DNA of 63,352 nt, filler included, from Sphacelaria rigidula (GCA_964200075.2; 11 parts of 11 records of this genome joined end to end with filler, not necessarily neighbours in it), one strand, 5' to 3'; shown: positions 12,857-26,862, counted from the first letter of the whole stretch. A program made the numbers and translations. Notes: a model not told the origin generated them from the sequence alone.

Positions 12857-15089
12857 GTACGCACAAAAATAATTCAAACGTGCGGTATACAAACATGAAT
12901 ATGGTGATGTGTATGTATCAACTGCCTGCTCTGTGCACGCGTTGTCTCGCCGTGTTTTAGCAAGCTGAGAAAAGGGAGCACGCGCTGTGAGATTGGGAAT
13001 GCTTCTGGAGTTTTCCGTGATTGCTTTCTTTCTTTATTTCACTCAAATGGGAGGACAAGAAATAAATCACCACAACCGCCAGAATCACTGTCAATCTCAC
13101 GGAACGTTGTCGCTTTTCTTGTCTCGTTCAAACGGGTTCTGAATAGCTAGTCAGAGACCCCCAAACAGGAGCATCGGTTCAACGTCCAGAAACTGCAGGT
13201 TCCGCACGACTGAATCGACATGTCTAGACTTGAAAAAACAAATGAATGCCGGACTTGGGGATCATCGATCTGCGGACGTTCAAAAGATCGGAATCATTTT
13301 GCAATATCCTTTAATCACAACGAAGCAGTCGACACCAACCCCCACTTCAACAACCGCCGTATTAACCACAAATACCGCAAAACTTGTGAACTCCATTAAG
13401 CATTTGCGCGTGCACCTTCCACGTGCAAAGTCCCGAAAGCACCCATATGTCCTTCCCTGCAAAATACAGGCGCAAGAAGTTGAGCATCCAGGTAGAGCCG
13501 CTATGACGCTCCGCAATCAGCGATATATACTTGATTTTTTGGGGTCCTTCACCTGGGAAAATAACATGGACGAGAGAGGGACTACACTAAGCAGGATCGA
13601 CGCCAAAAAGAGGTATCCAACATCGAGAATTTACAGAAAACAGGTGGCAAAGCAACGCGGCGTCGCTAATCACCACGCTACTACGTGGTGTAGATCGCGT
13701 CATATGCAGTCATGACAAAGCAAGCACGCAACAACTCATAAACCAGTCACAGCACGAAAATAACAGACCGTTTTGGGAGGGAGTACCCTAAAACCATGTT
13801 CTGTCGAAACGTTTCTTTCCTGGATATTTTTGTAGTCAACATTGGGAAAACACATCTACCCCCTGCTGCCCGTGCGCAGTGGTCGCTATTCATTGGCGAC
13901 CTATACATATATGACGATCTACCTCACTCGGCTGCATGGCGGCACATAACACCCCCATATATGTAGATATTAACTGACAGGAATCCACATTGTTTAGTAG
14001 CCATACGTGCACATGGCGCCGCGCTAAGTCTGTAGTATATAGGCCATCACACGTATCTGCACGGTATGGGGCTGTCCTGGACGGTATTGCAGAGTCCAGT
14101 ACAGCACCATACCGTGCCTATAGTTGTTGCGATATCCCTGCTGTATCTTTTTGTTCTTGTGGTTGTTTCTGGTAAGCACGGGACTACGGGTTTTTCAGGA
14201 CTGTCGTGTACAGACTAGAATGATATACGCTGTTGTCGCACTCTTGCCACAGCTGAGCTCAGCCATGTGGACATACACTCGCAGTCAGTGCATGGGATTT
14301 GCAAGCAGTACATGCTGTTGGGAATTATGTTATTGCTCCAAGTGATATGTGAATCGCGGGGCACAAGGATGGGGTTTCAACAATTTCTTGCGCCTCTCGA
14401 ATGTCATACGCCGATTACGGTACAGTATATGTGGGACTTGCACAGCTGAGGCTGTTCGCAGTAAGTTCTCTTTTTGCCCAATTCCTGGGTGAATTGGCGG
14501 GCGAAGTGAGGATCTATTTCGAGAAGCTTCTGCTGTACAAATAACAAATCTGCCAGTGTTTGGGATTTTACAGCAAAGTCTGTTCGAAATAAATCCTATT
14601 TCTACCCAGTTTGAAAATTGGCCAGCAGAAGAAGGTTTATTTGGACCAGCTTCTGCTGAATACGTAATTCCACAGATCTTGTGACAAAATAATTTGGAAT
14701 TTTCATATTAGGAGTGCCCCCACAGGGTTGCTTACAGTGTGTCGAAAAAGCGCTATACAAAATGCTGGTAGAGGTACTAGGCTCTGCAAATGCTGTATAG
14801 GAGTTCTCACAGAGACTGTGAAGAGCCCTGCGCAGCACGTCTTACAGGGTGCTATCTGCCTATGTGTGCATGCTTGCGACCGGTTGACAGCAGAGAAGCT
14901 CAACTACAATATCTCAGCCTCCATTCCGGTCATGCCAGTAAGAGTTGAGTCACCGGCACGAGGTATTTTTCTTTCACTCCGCATACCAAGAAGGTCTACA
15001 CGAGTGTTTGATCTTTCATACATCCACCCAACTAGGATGTGGAAGACTGTCTGTTGTCCGTGTTTTGCAGACTTCGGGTGCAATTAACG

Positions 15090-15260
15090 TCTGCAACAAC
15101 ACCACTCAGCTTCCGAATATTAGATCTTGCCGCAAGGGCGCAGCCGTGCTTGCTTGCATGTGTGTGTGAGAGAAATGTATCGGTGACAGGAACATCACCC
15201 TGCCTTTCGACGACGTGTTCTACTGCGCACAGAGGCACTTTCTGTCCAAGCAGAGAGGCA
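15090..15260 (-). pseudogene. Frameshifted SWIM zinc finger, probably a Mutator-like transposase remnant
   Basis: With two frameshifts the minus strand reads EHVVERQG/CSCHRYISLTHTCK/HGCALAA, matching SWIM CxC...CxH. Confidence 0.4.
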
Positions 15261-17642
15261 GAGAGAAATCGATCTTTGCATTGGTCAGCGCCACGGACAG
15301 GAGACGACAACCGGGGCATCCCGCGATCTTGTTTCCGCGGCTGTGCTACAATAACCCGCCTGCCCACACATGGCATCCTGGGTATGTACTGGTACTATAA
15401 TATGATGCCAATATCTGCAGCGATTAAAAATCGCCGAACGAGGACACACAAAGGACACCGGCGAGGAGCTTCCTCTCCGCCGTTGCTCCTCTGGTGATAT
15501 GGTCACCGACACGCATGTGCACGGGCATTCATTTGGTGCATCTAACCAAACCGGCGTGACTGCAACATTAACTCTGCTTGCGAGAATGTTTTCCGGTGGT
15601 GATGCTCCTTGGCGTGAATTCTCGTTTTCTCGAATTGGGGCTGAACCCCATTTTAGTCTTCAACGCCGAAAATTAGAGTTGGCAGTTTTGGGCAGCTCGT
15701 TGGCCGTAAGAAGTAATCGGGCGAGCATTTGAGTCGTTGCTCGTTGTAGAAAACATGAATGGGGCCAGTACTCGAGTCATTGCTCGTGTGGGGAAGTAAA
15801 TGACTCGGGCACACGAGTCATTGCTCGTGATGAACGACTTGAGTGGACGAGTCAGCGATCCGACGAGAAAATAATTGTAATGAGCTCTTCGATGATCTTG
15901 ATCCTAAAAACTTCAAGTTCATATGCATATCTGCACATGTACAAGCGTCAGGATCAAAAGCTCGTTTTCATTCTACCCAAGCACCCCCCCCCCCCTCCCC
16001 CCTCCACACACACACCCAGATCAGACATCTACTAAAGCGGAGGAGAGTATCTCTCGAGTAGTAAATTTACACGGCGAGCACACGAGTCACTGCTCGTTGT
16101 GAAAAAGATAACGATTCAAGCCCACGAGCATTTCTCGCTGTGAAAAAATAAATGACTCGGGCACACGAGTCATGCTCGTTGTGTAAAATAAAACATCCAC
16201 GAGTGCTCTCGTTTCGACGAGTAATGACTCGTCCGACGTGTGTAATGGTGTAAACATCTTTGTCGTAAACTCACGACACTAAAGTCAGTACAAAACTAGC
16301 CGGCGACGGCAAACTGGTCCAGTTCACAGCCCTAAGAATTTCATGTTGTGTTGGATCCTCCAAAGTGCACATAACCCCTCAAGGGGGGCTCTATCTCCCT
16401 CCCTTGGGAGCGACTTTGTGTGGGGTACGAGCTGGGGCAGCCAACAGTGGGTACGTTTTTCGCTCAGGCGACGCACGGCAGAAAATAGGAGTTGGACGCT
16501 GAAATTTTGACGGCAACCTTACTAGAGGTATCTCAAACTCGGCTCCCGGTATCATGGCTATTCGCTGGCTCCGAGTTGTGTACTATTTTTTCAAGTGCAA
16601 GTGATCGCGATTCATAGGAGGACCTGACCTGGCGATCAAAGGGTCTCATCTGATGAAACGCCACCACTTTTACCTGCAAAATAGAACAAAACAAACCGGG
16701 ATACTGAGAGCCGAATTTGAGACGCCTCTATTATGATCGACATGCAAAATATCCCCAGAGAAGCGAAGAAAAAGAAGAACACGGGAAGCTATGGAGATGC
16801 GAAATTTCAGCGAAGACAAGACACAGTGGGGTCCCTCAATAGTGCCGGTTGAGTAGTGCCGCTGGCCGGTATAGTGCCTATGAAATCTATGGACACATAG
16901 CCCTGAGTAGTGCCAAACAAGCACTAATGAGGGCTGCCTGGCATGGTGCCGGTTGGGCACCGCTGCACCCCACAATATTGCCGGTTCACGCGCACACACA
17001 CAACAGCGGATCCTGAAAAATGGGGTCGATCTCTAAAATGAGGTTCGAGTGGCATATTTGGTTTGCAGGGATGACGCGACACAGTTACACAGAGCGAAAG
17101 CATCCCCCCCCCCCACAACTCTGCGTAGTGTTTTAATGGTGAGACACCCATGAGGCAGTGTACAAGCCGTGGCTGTCTCTGGAAGTGGCAATATCAGACA
17201 ATAAAGCNNNNNNNNNNNNNNNNNNNNNNNNNNNNNNNNNNNNNNNNNNNNTTAATTAATTAANNNNNNNNNNNNNNNNNNNNNNNNNNNNNNNNNNNNN
17301 NNNNNNNGCTCATTTTTCCCTTTTTCTATTTCGGGGAAAAATCCCCTCCTAAAACGCTCCATTTTTATGGGGGGGGGGGGGGGGGCTATCGTAGAAAGTG
17401 TCCTCCACACCCAACGGGAGTGTCGACTCCGGACACAATCCACGGTCTCTTGACCCATGCGCGCTACGCCTAAACGGATTTACTCGCGACCCACAAATCA
17501 AAAGCGCCTGTCCTATGATACACATACAACAAACAACAACAATAGCAAGAGAATATTACGCGCCCAAGCATCGAGATATGTGCCTCGTTTGCAGGTCACT
17601 GTTAGCATTTTGAAGCGCCGAGGTATGTGCCGCGTGTGCGGG

Positions 17643-19136
17643 TCATTGTTGGCATTTTGAAGCGTAGTATTGGGCCACCTGCAGTTATCGACCAGCACAC
17701 GACAGTGTAAAGCAAAAGTCGGAAAGGATACGCGAATTTCGAGCTTGTTTGGTATATATATGCACGTATAGAGCAAGGCACCTCTCGACGGGTGGTGAAC
17801 GGTGCATCGGACGCATTGAGCTGGTCGTTAACGTATAGCGAATTCAAGCACGACGATGGTCCATGACGAAGTAGTGTCTTGTACATGCTTTAGTCTGCCT
17901 TCGGCAATGCTAACACCAGCAGGGAACGCGTGTCACACGCGGGAAGATGTGTGAGCTCAAACCAACCCAACAATAGACGCATATACATTACACGCTAATC
18001 GATATTGTAACAAACACCGCCCCTAGCATATGTCTCGTGGAATAGCGTCGAAATCAACGTAAGATCAAGAACATAATCCACCCTGTATGGACCTAGCGTT
18101 CTCCTGTCCACCCCCCCCCCCCCCCCCCCCATCTTTCTCTTTTTTTTTCTTTCTCTTTTTCCTCTTCTTTTTTTCTTNNNNNNNNNNAAAATAATCCCCC
18201 CTTTTTGGCCCTAGCTGTCTCCCTTCCCCCCCCCCCCCCCTCCATTTGTATGACTGTCTTTCTCATCCTCTCTTTGCGGCTTCGTCTTTGTCCCTTGCTG
18301 TCAGTCACTCTTTCTCTGGACTGTGTCTCTGTCTGCTTGTTTGCCTTGTGCTTCTCACCCCCTCGCCGCTGCAGTATTATTGAAACAACCGAATAATCTT
18401 GTCGAAGACATTGGTTGGTTTGCCGCACCACAATTCACAACTCGAACGAGGTGTCATATACTATCCCCACCAGTATCATACCTTGGGGTGTTTGGACACG
18501 ACGTCATCATGGTGCTCCTTCAGCGATGGGGCCACTTCGCCCACGAACGCCGTCGGGATCGGCATTATACCAGACTCCAAAGTTGCAACGACCGCAAACA
18601 TCTGGAACGAACGGAACAGCGTAAGCGCGCCAGGGGCCCACAAAATTGAGCGAAGCAAAGCACACGAGATTACTCGCGGTACCGGGAATATAATCGAAAT
18701 GGCACACGCACACATGATATATGGGCCACATGTACACCCTGAAATTTGCCGATGTGACGTAAGGCGCGCAGTACACGGCAAGCGCTTCCAGGTTTGACTG
18801 TTCATTCCGATACAAACCTGAACGCTCACTATGTCGAAAGGCAGACAGACAGAGATCTATGTACCACACGAAGAAGCGCGCGTTCTCCCCCTTTTGTGCT
18901 CTTTATTGTTAACTAGCTTTTGCCACATTCATTCCCAGTCATATTTCAGCTCAGTAATCTTCACCATATTATATGTATGCTGAGCATCACACACACGAAC
19001 CTGCAGATCAGCAATGGTGAGAGCATCGCCGACAAAGTACCGGGAGGTAGCAGAGTTCGCTTCAAGTTTCGCGCTCAGCTGCCCAAGAAACGTTCTCAGT
19101 TTTCCAGCACAAATCTCGTCACACATCTTCTTCTGC

Positions 19137-19176
<40 letters not shown>

Positions 19177-21909
19177 GGGGAGGGAAAGAGGGAGGGACAA
19201 GGGGGCATAATCACAACACGCCGATAAGTGAGAAGGAGGTAAGGTCATGGATACATATTATTCGTGCTGTGTACTTTGTGCTGTGTGCTTTGTGATAGAC
19301 TGCAGACGCCAGTGTAATGCGTGAGAGGACCGCGCCGTAGTTCAAAAACCTGATTATTGACGTTTTTCACAACCAATCGGACCAGTTCCTGCAGGTACCA
19401 CGCCCCTAACCATAACTCTAACACTAACCCTAACCCCAACCATAAGGATGTTCAAATTCCGATGCGGTCCTCTAAGCACGCGGTCCTCTCACGCACTACA
19501 CCCACGACAAGATCAGGTCGATGTAGCAGCGGCGCAAATAAATATGATAACTAAATACTAGCGTAATCCCAGGAAAGCGGAGTCTGGACCTGCAACAACC
19601 AAGCGGCTCGCCTGTCCATACCGGTTTTATAGGTTCCTGAGGTTAACAGTCGAAATATGAAGGCAGGCGTCGTCATTACTGCCTTCACAATAATGCTCGG
19701 AACTTGCATTACTGCTGTAGACAGCGCTTGTGTGTTATGGTATTCGAAGGGACTAGCGTCGATAAGGTACCGCAGCGTTCAGGACATACAGGTGTCGGAG
19801 TAAATGAACATTTGGATATGACTCTTGGTCAGCCTCGAGGAATGTCACCTTGTTGGGGAAGATCCAATTTGATGTTCTGAATAGTCGATGGGAGATACAA
19901 TATGGTTAATGTCTGCACATCGAATGATCATGTGCACAACGGATAGTGTTCCCGGAACGTTCATTGGATGAAGGGTTTCTGCTCTTTGGTTATTGTATGA
20001 TGATTAGCTACGGATATAATTCCTGCGTGAGGTAGTCATGCTGGCGCCCCGAGCACCCATCCGAGCTCACTCTATTTTGGGCCCAAGACATCACCGGCCT
20101 TGCCGCCGTTGCTCTGAGTTCCAAGTGAGCCCTTACCAGTGAGCTTTGCTGTCGTGGGGAAACTACTGACTCTGATTCGTATTGTAACCTACAAGGAGAA
20201 AACTTATTTCTGTGAACGTCTGGATTCGAATTGCGTGATTTGGATTCTGTTATTGATTGCTGCAGCCAGCGTGCGCATTGCAATCTGGCACACACGGCTT
20301 GAGCCTCTGTTCGTGAGAATATATCAGGGCTAACGTGTACTAGGGCTACCTTCTTCAAGGCGTTTAGGCCAAAGTCCATAATACGTGTGTGTATGTATAT
20401 ATGGATAAATGTATGCAGCTAGGTGAACCTGCAATTCTGACATTATCGACTGCCATCAGACATACGCTGAATGAAACGTGTGGCCGGCGTTTCTTCATCA
20501 AGCTAGGACTATACGTACTGATGTAGAGACTATCGTACATAAAATAGTACGTACGTCGAAAATGAACACGGGGCACTTACCGTAGTATTGCACACCCAGA
20601 TCGCGCAGTATTGTTGCGAACTTATGGATTTCATTATTTTAGCCGGTCGCACTGTATACTTTCCCTACGACAGTGAGAGGAGAATAGAAGAAGGATAAAT
20701 AATCACACATAACTTCCTCTTCGCAAATTGATCGTACCTGAACCTCCGGGGCCTTGCCAAAAGCGGAAAACACGAGGATGTTCACGTCCTCGGCCGCCAT
20801 CACAATCTCGTCCACCTGGTGCAACGATCAGGCATGATCACAACACAATTACAGTCGGTGCGAACAAGCGGAAGGGTACATGCATGATTTGACAATCGGG
20901 AGGGAGGGGGCTCGTTCGAAGAACTGGATAGATAGCAAAGTCAATATAAATTCCTCGTATATCGCTGAAGCGTTGTCATGGCTTCCATCAGACGACGGCT
21001 GAACGGCGCTACGTTGTTTCTGTTCCCTTGAACTATCTTCCGAGAAGGCTGTGAGAAGGTTTCCAGTGGTATTTCAGCGGGTGATTATGTCTGAGGTGCG
21101 GGAGCTTGTCGTAGTGTAGTTATGGTGGGCACAAGGCGGGTATGAAAGGGTATGGGTATGAAAGGATGCCGTGAAAAAGGGGCAGCTGAGTCGTGCAGGA
21201 TATCGAGCTATATCAGGAAGTATTTGCTCGGAGACTTTTGATGAAAGTTATTGTCGCTCGAAATGCTGCCTGAGCCAGACGTGAAAATGAAAAGTGGTAT
21301 GGTTTCGCATTCTTCTACACAAGCATGTGTACATATATATTGCAGCATCTTCATCTACAAGCATATCAATGTACTGAATGTACTGTATATTGCATATATT
21401 GACACTTTCTACGATTAACCCCCCCAAAAAGACGTGGCTGGTTTGGGGAGGCAAAATCTACACGTAAAGCGGGATGAAAAATGCCGAGTACAACGGACAG
21501 CTGGGAATTGCCAAGCTTGAGCTCGTTTTTCGCCAATATCGCTCATATGAGGCCGTTCATGCAACCTGAAGACAAACATCTGGCCCTTTACGACCATTTT
21601 CTTTGTGACAGTTGCGGGCTGGTTTTGGAGGGGGGGGCTATCGTAGAAAGCGTCATTGCTACATGTATTCTACGTATATCGCTCAGGTCGCATTCGAATA
21701 TTACGATTCGAAGTTTTCTGAACTGTATGAATCTGACTGGAGTATTTGACGTATGAAAAGTGAAGAAAGTTGCCACCGCTTTTTTACAGTCCCCGGCGAT
21801 ATACCGTACTTACCTTCATCGCCGTCAAGGGGTTTTTGGGGTACAGACCAGACAGCGTTCCCGCATAGCGCAGCAACGCGGTCGATTGGCCGTGGTAAGC
21901 ACCGTCCAC
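17643..21909 (-). CDS. Glutathione S-transferase (sigma-like), 5'-partial; exons 21814-21909, 20738-20815, 19001-19132, 18482-18601, 17643-17678
   Basis: Five canonical phase-0 exons splice to VDGAYHGQSTALLRYAGTLSGLYPKNPLTAMK|VDEIVMAAEDV...|KKMCDEICAGKLRTFLGQLSAKLEANSATSRYFVGDALTIADLQ|MFAVVATLESG...SLKEHHDDVVSKHPK|VAQYYASKCQQ*. GST motifs QS-x-A-x-x-R-Y and YFVGD-x-LTIAD are present. Confidence 0.93.
19313..19500. mobile_element. MITE with TGTAATGCGTGAGAGGACCGCG TIRs and internal CCCTAA-like repeats
   Basis: TIR pair visible; homologous copies at 35414-35624 and 35649-35798. Confidence 0.8.
21401..21654. mobile_element. MITE (254 bp) with GACACTTTCTACGAT-polyC TIRs
   Basis: Inverted termini flanked by ATT/ATT. 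The same terminus (polyG...TATCGTAGAAAGTGTC) occurs at 17369-17402 and 34635-34659. Confidence 0.75.
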
Positions 21910-22025
21910 CTGGTGGCATTGAGAGATCGGGTGGATAATGACGATAGTGGTACGCACTACAGCAAGATTCCGCGAACAGCTCCATTACAACAAGACAGTG
22001 AGCGGAGCGCTTAGGTTTAAATTTA

Positions 22026-22419
22026 GGGTCTTGCTATTGACGTCAACGCTGAAGTCATCTGTTACATCCGTCAACGTTCAGCATCCGTCCCACAAGCCCC
22101 GCATGGACGCAGCAACACATGGAAAACACTCACACAGTCTCTAGCTACCGTTTAAGCCATCGCACGGAGCAAACGGATCCGTAACGGATGAGATACATGC
22201 ATGATGCATGGTGGCATGCCACAAGAGTGCTCACTCTGCCATAAGCATGTATCTCATCCGTTACGGGTCCGTTTGCTCCGTGCGATGGCTTGAACGATAG
22301 CTAGAGACTGTGTGAGTGTTTTTCATGTGTTGCTGTGTCCATGCGGCGCTTGTGGGACGGATGCTGAACGTTGACGGATGTAACAGATTACGTCAGCGTT
22401 GACGTAAAAAGCAAGACCC
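22026..22419. mobile_element. Near-perfect 394-bp foldback (about 175-bp arms) upstream of the first visible GST exon; Mutator-like MITE candidate
   Basis: GGGTCTTGC...GCAAGACCC arms pair almost throughout; flanks ttaaattta/ataaattta (9 bp, 1 mismatch). Confidence 0.8.
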
Positions 22420-23593
22420 ATAAATTTACGAAGGTGCATGACCCGCATACGTGCGGTGGGTGTATCGCGAATTGGCCACGGCGGAAAACGAAAAGTTGGC
22501 TATCTGTGATACCGCGACCAATTTCTCAATGTCTAGACCCTTCTAGCTCGTGTTTACTGCTGTCTCAAGAGACGGCTCGCAATACATTTCAGACAGACAA
22601 CGCACCTTCTACGTTTCGCTAATAATACGGTAAACTTGCTGCTCGTGCATCGTGCTTTTATTGGAAGTACTCGCAGTCATCGGTGGGTACGTCGATCAAT
22701 GAGCGTCACATGGAGGATAGATAACTCAGCAACTGCCTGCTGACGAGTTATACCGTGCATCAGATGAAACTTCATTTCGATCTCGCGTATGTTAGCTTGA
22801 TGACTTGACACCGTCTGGCAGATACAAGGGATGTTCCTCCACGCCGTATCATATAGGAAGCTGAAAACTCCCGGTAAAGTCAACTCCCCATAGCCCCCCC
22901 CCCCCCCCCCCCCCCCCCCCCAACAAAACCACAACACAACCCCAAAAAAAAAAAAAACCAAAACCCCACAGCACACNNNNNNNNNNNNNNNNNNNNNNNN
23001 NNNNNNNNNNNNNNNNNNNNTTAATTAATTAANNNNNNNNNNNNNNNNNNNNNNNNNNNNNNNNNNNNNNNNNNNNTCCAATGAGTTGCTTTATCCTGTG
23101 GTATCGCCACTTCCAGAGACAGCCACGGCTTTTACACTGCCTCATGGGTGGAGGGGGGAAACGCAAAATGTACGACAACCTCGTGAAACTACCGTGCTGC
23201 CAGTAGGGCTGAACATGCTCAAGAGATACAAGAGGTGATGCCTAATGCGTCATTCCAAGGGGCGAATTCCTGAGAAATACCGCGAGCATCCAGCGTTCAT
23301 TGCTCGCCCCGGATACGTCGAAATTGTGAATTTTGGATATTGCGGGGTTTCTTGAGCGTACATGCGTCAAAGACAAGATGACCGCTGGAGGTGCAAGTGC
23401 TTACCAACACTACATTGTTGAGCCAGCCGCACGCCCGTGTTAAAAAATCGGGTGTAGAGATAATCCATCGGTTTGCCTCGACAGAACGAAAAAGGGTGGC
23501 GTATTGGACAGCTACACAAGTGCCTAAAACACTTATCTCGTCCTTTCTAACGAAGTGTCAACGAATATGGGATCGCGTTGTCCGTCAGCCCAC

Positions 23594-26448
23594 CTGCTGG
23601 CCTGGTTCCCTGCCGATGAAGCCGTAGATGGGGCCGTTGCCCGCTTGACGGACGAGCACACAGAGGGATACGCCTCCTATTAGGCCAAAAATGAAAGCCG
23701 TTACCGCAGCACCGAACGTATCACCGTATTGCGGCTCGTAGTAGTAGTCGTGGTAGTAGTCGGAATGACGGTGGACTACATGACACGTAGCAGAATAGCA
23801 ATGCATACAACAGAGCAGATCGTGGATGGGCACTGTGTCATACGGGAGAAGTGAGGATAGGCGATAGCTGGGGATAGCGTGGTGGGGGCGGAGAAAAGTT
23901 AAGACGGCGAGATTCAGAAAGGGGACGATGCTTTACGGGGGGAAAATAACGTTGACTCCATTGAAAGGGTAGTGAATTCGACTGCTGCCGAGATAGCCCC
24001 CCTCCCGAACCAGCCAACCACGTGCACAGAGGCGATGATCATAAATGTCGTTAGAGCTGATTTCGTGCTACACGACGCGACTCATTTGGACGTTATAGCT
24101 GATTTCGGACTGCTACACGCCTCTCATGTGGGCGAAACTGCTGCAAACGAGCCCAATAGTGAGTGTGATTGCACCCGGTTTGTCGGACGGTCTCCGGTGC
24201 ACTTTTTGTGGGGGGCCATCTCGGCATTAGTCATTCGCTCCTGAGCGTTCTGTGCAACGCTCACTCGGTAATTTGCTCTGACAACTACAGAAGACGGAAA
24301 CATTTACAAGACAAAAATAGGGTGGGGGAGAGGAGTAAAAACGACGACATCGCTGGTCGGAGCATCACCTTCTGATAGACCCAACATTTGTCCACAAAAT
24401 CATGTGACCGGCAAGTGATGCCTGTGCTTTGTTATGCATGTATATATGGTTTGACAGGATGTGCGTCGCACCCCGATGGCGAAATCAATATCTCGACCAG
24501 ACTACCTTTCACGAAATTCGCGCGTCCGAAACCCCACGATGTTTTTTTTTTTCTCCTGTTCCGTCAGCCAAAATACGGAAGTCTCAGAAGGTAACTAGAT
24601 GACGTTACTTGGTCGTCATCAAAAATAAATTCCAAATAACATGGAGTTGCCGAATCAACACATAACCTTAAAGCCGACGGGCGGTGGGGGTGCTGATCCA
24701 TTTCTCGACAACTCAGGGCGAGGCGGGCGCCGGGGTGGAAACGATTTGATCCCTTGAGAATAAGGACTCGTCCGGAGAAAGCAGACAGTCGAAATATCTG
24801 AAATAACACAAAAATATTAGGAGCAAACGGGCGTTCATGAATTCCTGCTCGCTTTTTCAACGACGAAGGTCAGTTGCACCGGAGAGGGGAAATATAAACA
24901 AGTGGTTCCTGCTGGGGATTGAAACCCCTACTTCACTCAAGCTGCTCTTGCGATGCAAGAGTGGGACCACCAGAGTACGCCACCTTGTTAAGTACCCTCA
25001 GCATATCGACATGCGCGTACTTGCAGGATAGCTCTACTTTTTCCCGCAGAGTGTTGAGCACATGTGCCTTCCGACCACGATACGAAACTTCACATATTGT
25101 CGGGAGCGAATCTATATTAAAATCTCTTGAGCGCTAGATGCCAAGTCACCGATCGACCCTACCTTGCAGTGCAGATCGGTTGACTACTGAGATTATGCAA
25201 GAAACCATTCGTTGCGTCAAATAGTATACACGAGCCAGAGGTTTCACAGAATCACCGGATACACGGCATTCCGTCCACGGTTGGGAGCCAGGGTCGCAAA
25301 ATTAGAGAAGCTACTCGGCTATCGTGCCGTGGTTCTCGTAGTTCACAAAGGTATGGCTGACTCACACAGGGTAGATTCCTTGATAATCCCGATCATGATG
25401 ATGGCGAGCAGTTGGAACACTGCGTAGACTATCAGCCCCCCGGCGCCGATTCGGCCCAGCGGCAACACCCTCGCATGGGCAAAGAAGAAGGACAAGGTGA
25501 TGGCGACCATGGCTGCCGAAATGGTGAGGGCCGCCAGAATCTGAAAAGCCTTGAACATGTTGACTGGTAAGCAACGGTTGCGTATTGGCGGGGTGATGAC
25601 GGAGACGGAGATGATGGTGTGCGAGAGCAACAAGGAAAAACCGGGAGCACGCGAAGCATGCGGCGCACGGAAGGCGGAGAGGGGACGCCATGCATAAGGG
25701 GCGGGGGGCGGGGGGATATTGAGGGATACCGATGCTCAGCGGCATTTGAGAGCACTGAGCGCATTCCATTACCTTCATCTACGTCAGGGGGGAGCGTGAA
25801 GCGAGTAGACCGAACTTCGTTACCCTGGATAGGAGCTTCATGTGAAAATGGCTAGTTGTCGCATTGTACTGTACAGCAAACGAACGCGTTTACCGCAAGA
25901 ATAGATTCCTTGCGTGAAATCGCAGAATAAAACAAAGTGAGGCCTTCACTCCGTAGACTACAGCCCGAATAGTTATTTTCGGTTCGAAGCCCAAGAAGCC
26001 CTTATGCCCTTTGTGAAGCCCAAGAAGGGCTTAGCTAGATGAAGGCTGCGCGCCGGCTCCCTGCTTGCTTGTCAGACGACAAGACACTACACACCATACC
26101 ACCAACCTCCATGTAGGAGCAGAGGGTCGGCTGTCAGCCGAAGGTTGGGTGAGAAAACGTTGTGGCCGAAACAAACGTTTGGAGTCTGACAACAGACAAG
26201 AAGCCGTGAAACAAAAGAAGAGGCCGAAAACGAAAAAACAAAACAGCCGGAAACGACAAAAAGCAGCACCGACCGGAAAGAAAAAAGGCCTCAAAGTTTC
26301 CTTCTGAAGGTCGGAAAACATGGGGAAAATGAGCCTACGGAGCGAAGGCCTAGAACAAGTGCCCTCTGTTGTGGAAGTATTTCCAGGCGTGTTTCCCCGG
26401 TCTACACCGCTAGCAACCAACAATCCCGCCACACCCCGGTGGTCAACA
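23594..26448 (-). CDS. Claudin/PMP22-superfamily-like tetraspan membrane protein, partial; exons 26408-26448, 25773-25824, 25366-25563, 23594-23775 (possible upstream exon 26880-26933)
   Basis: Phase-compatible AG/GT exons give LTTGVWRDCWLLA|GNEVRSTRFTLPPDVDE|VNMFKAFQILAALTISAAMVAITLSFFFAHARVLPLGRIGAGGLIVYAVFQLLAIIMIGIIKESTLF|HRHSDYYHDYYYEPQYGDTFGAAVTAFIFGLIGGVSLCVLVRQAG.... This has a G-[LV]-W-x-x-C motif, three hydrophobic helices and a YG-x-x-F motif before the last helix. Confidence 0.68.
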
Positions 26449-26487
26449 CTGGCGAGGGATGCACGAGTTTGATCCGTGGAGACGATG

Positions 26488-26712
26488 GATTGTTTCTTTT
26501 CCTCACACTTTGAACCCCTCCCCTTCCTCGGGATGAGTCCGTGGTCTCAAGGGATCAACCTATCTCTCCCCCGGCACGTGCCTTTCATTTTGGTCTCGCG
26601 GGTTGGGTGACTCCCGCACCGCGTCAACTCCCGCTACTCCCGCTAAACAACCTCAGTCAACTACTTGGTTTACTCACATTCTCACGCTTTCCACGGTGGA
26701 AATCATACGTTC
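26488..26712 (-). mobile_element. 5'-truncated SINE family B
   Basis: Matches the body of 4965-5272 but lacks the tRNA head. Confidence 0.7.
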
Positions 26713-26749
26713 CTACTCAAAAAGGGAGGGGGATAAAGGTACGACAAAG

Positions 26750-26816
26750 GACGACGACGAGGACGACGAGGACGACGAGGACGACGACGACGACGACGAT
26801 GACGACGACGACGACC

Positions 26817-26862
<46 letters not shown>
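26750..26862. repeat. Compound microsatellite (GAC/GAG)n(AAC)n
   Basis: Directly visible. Confidence 0.95.
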
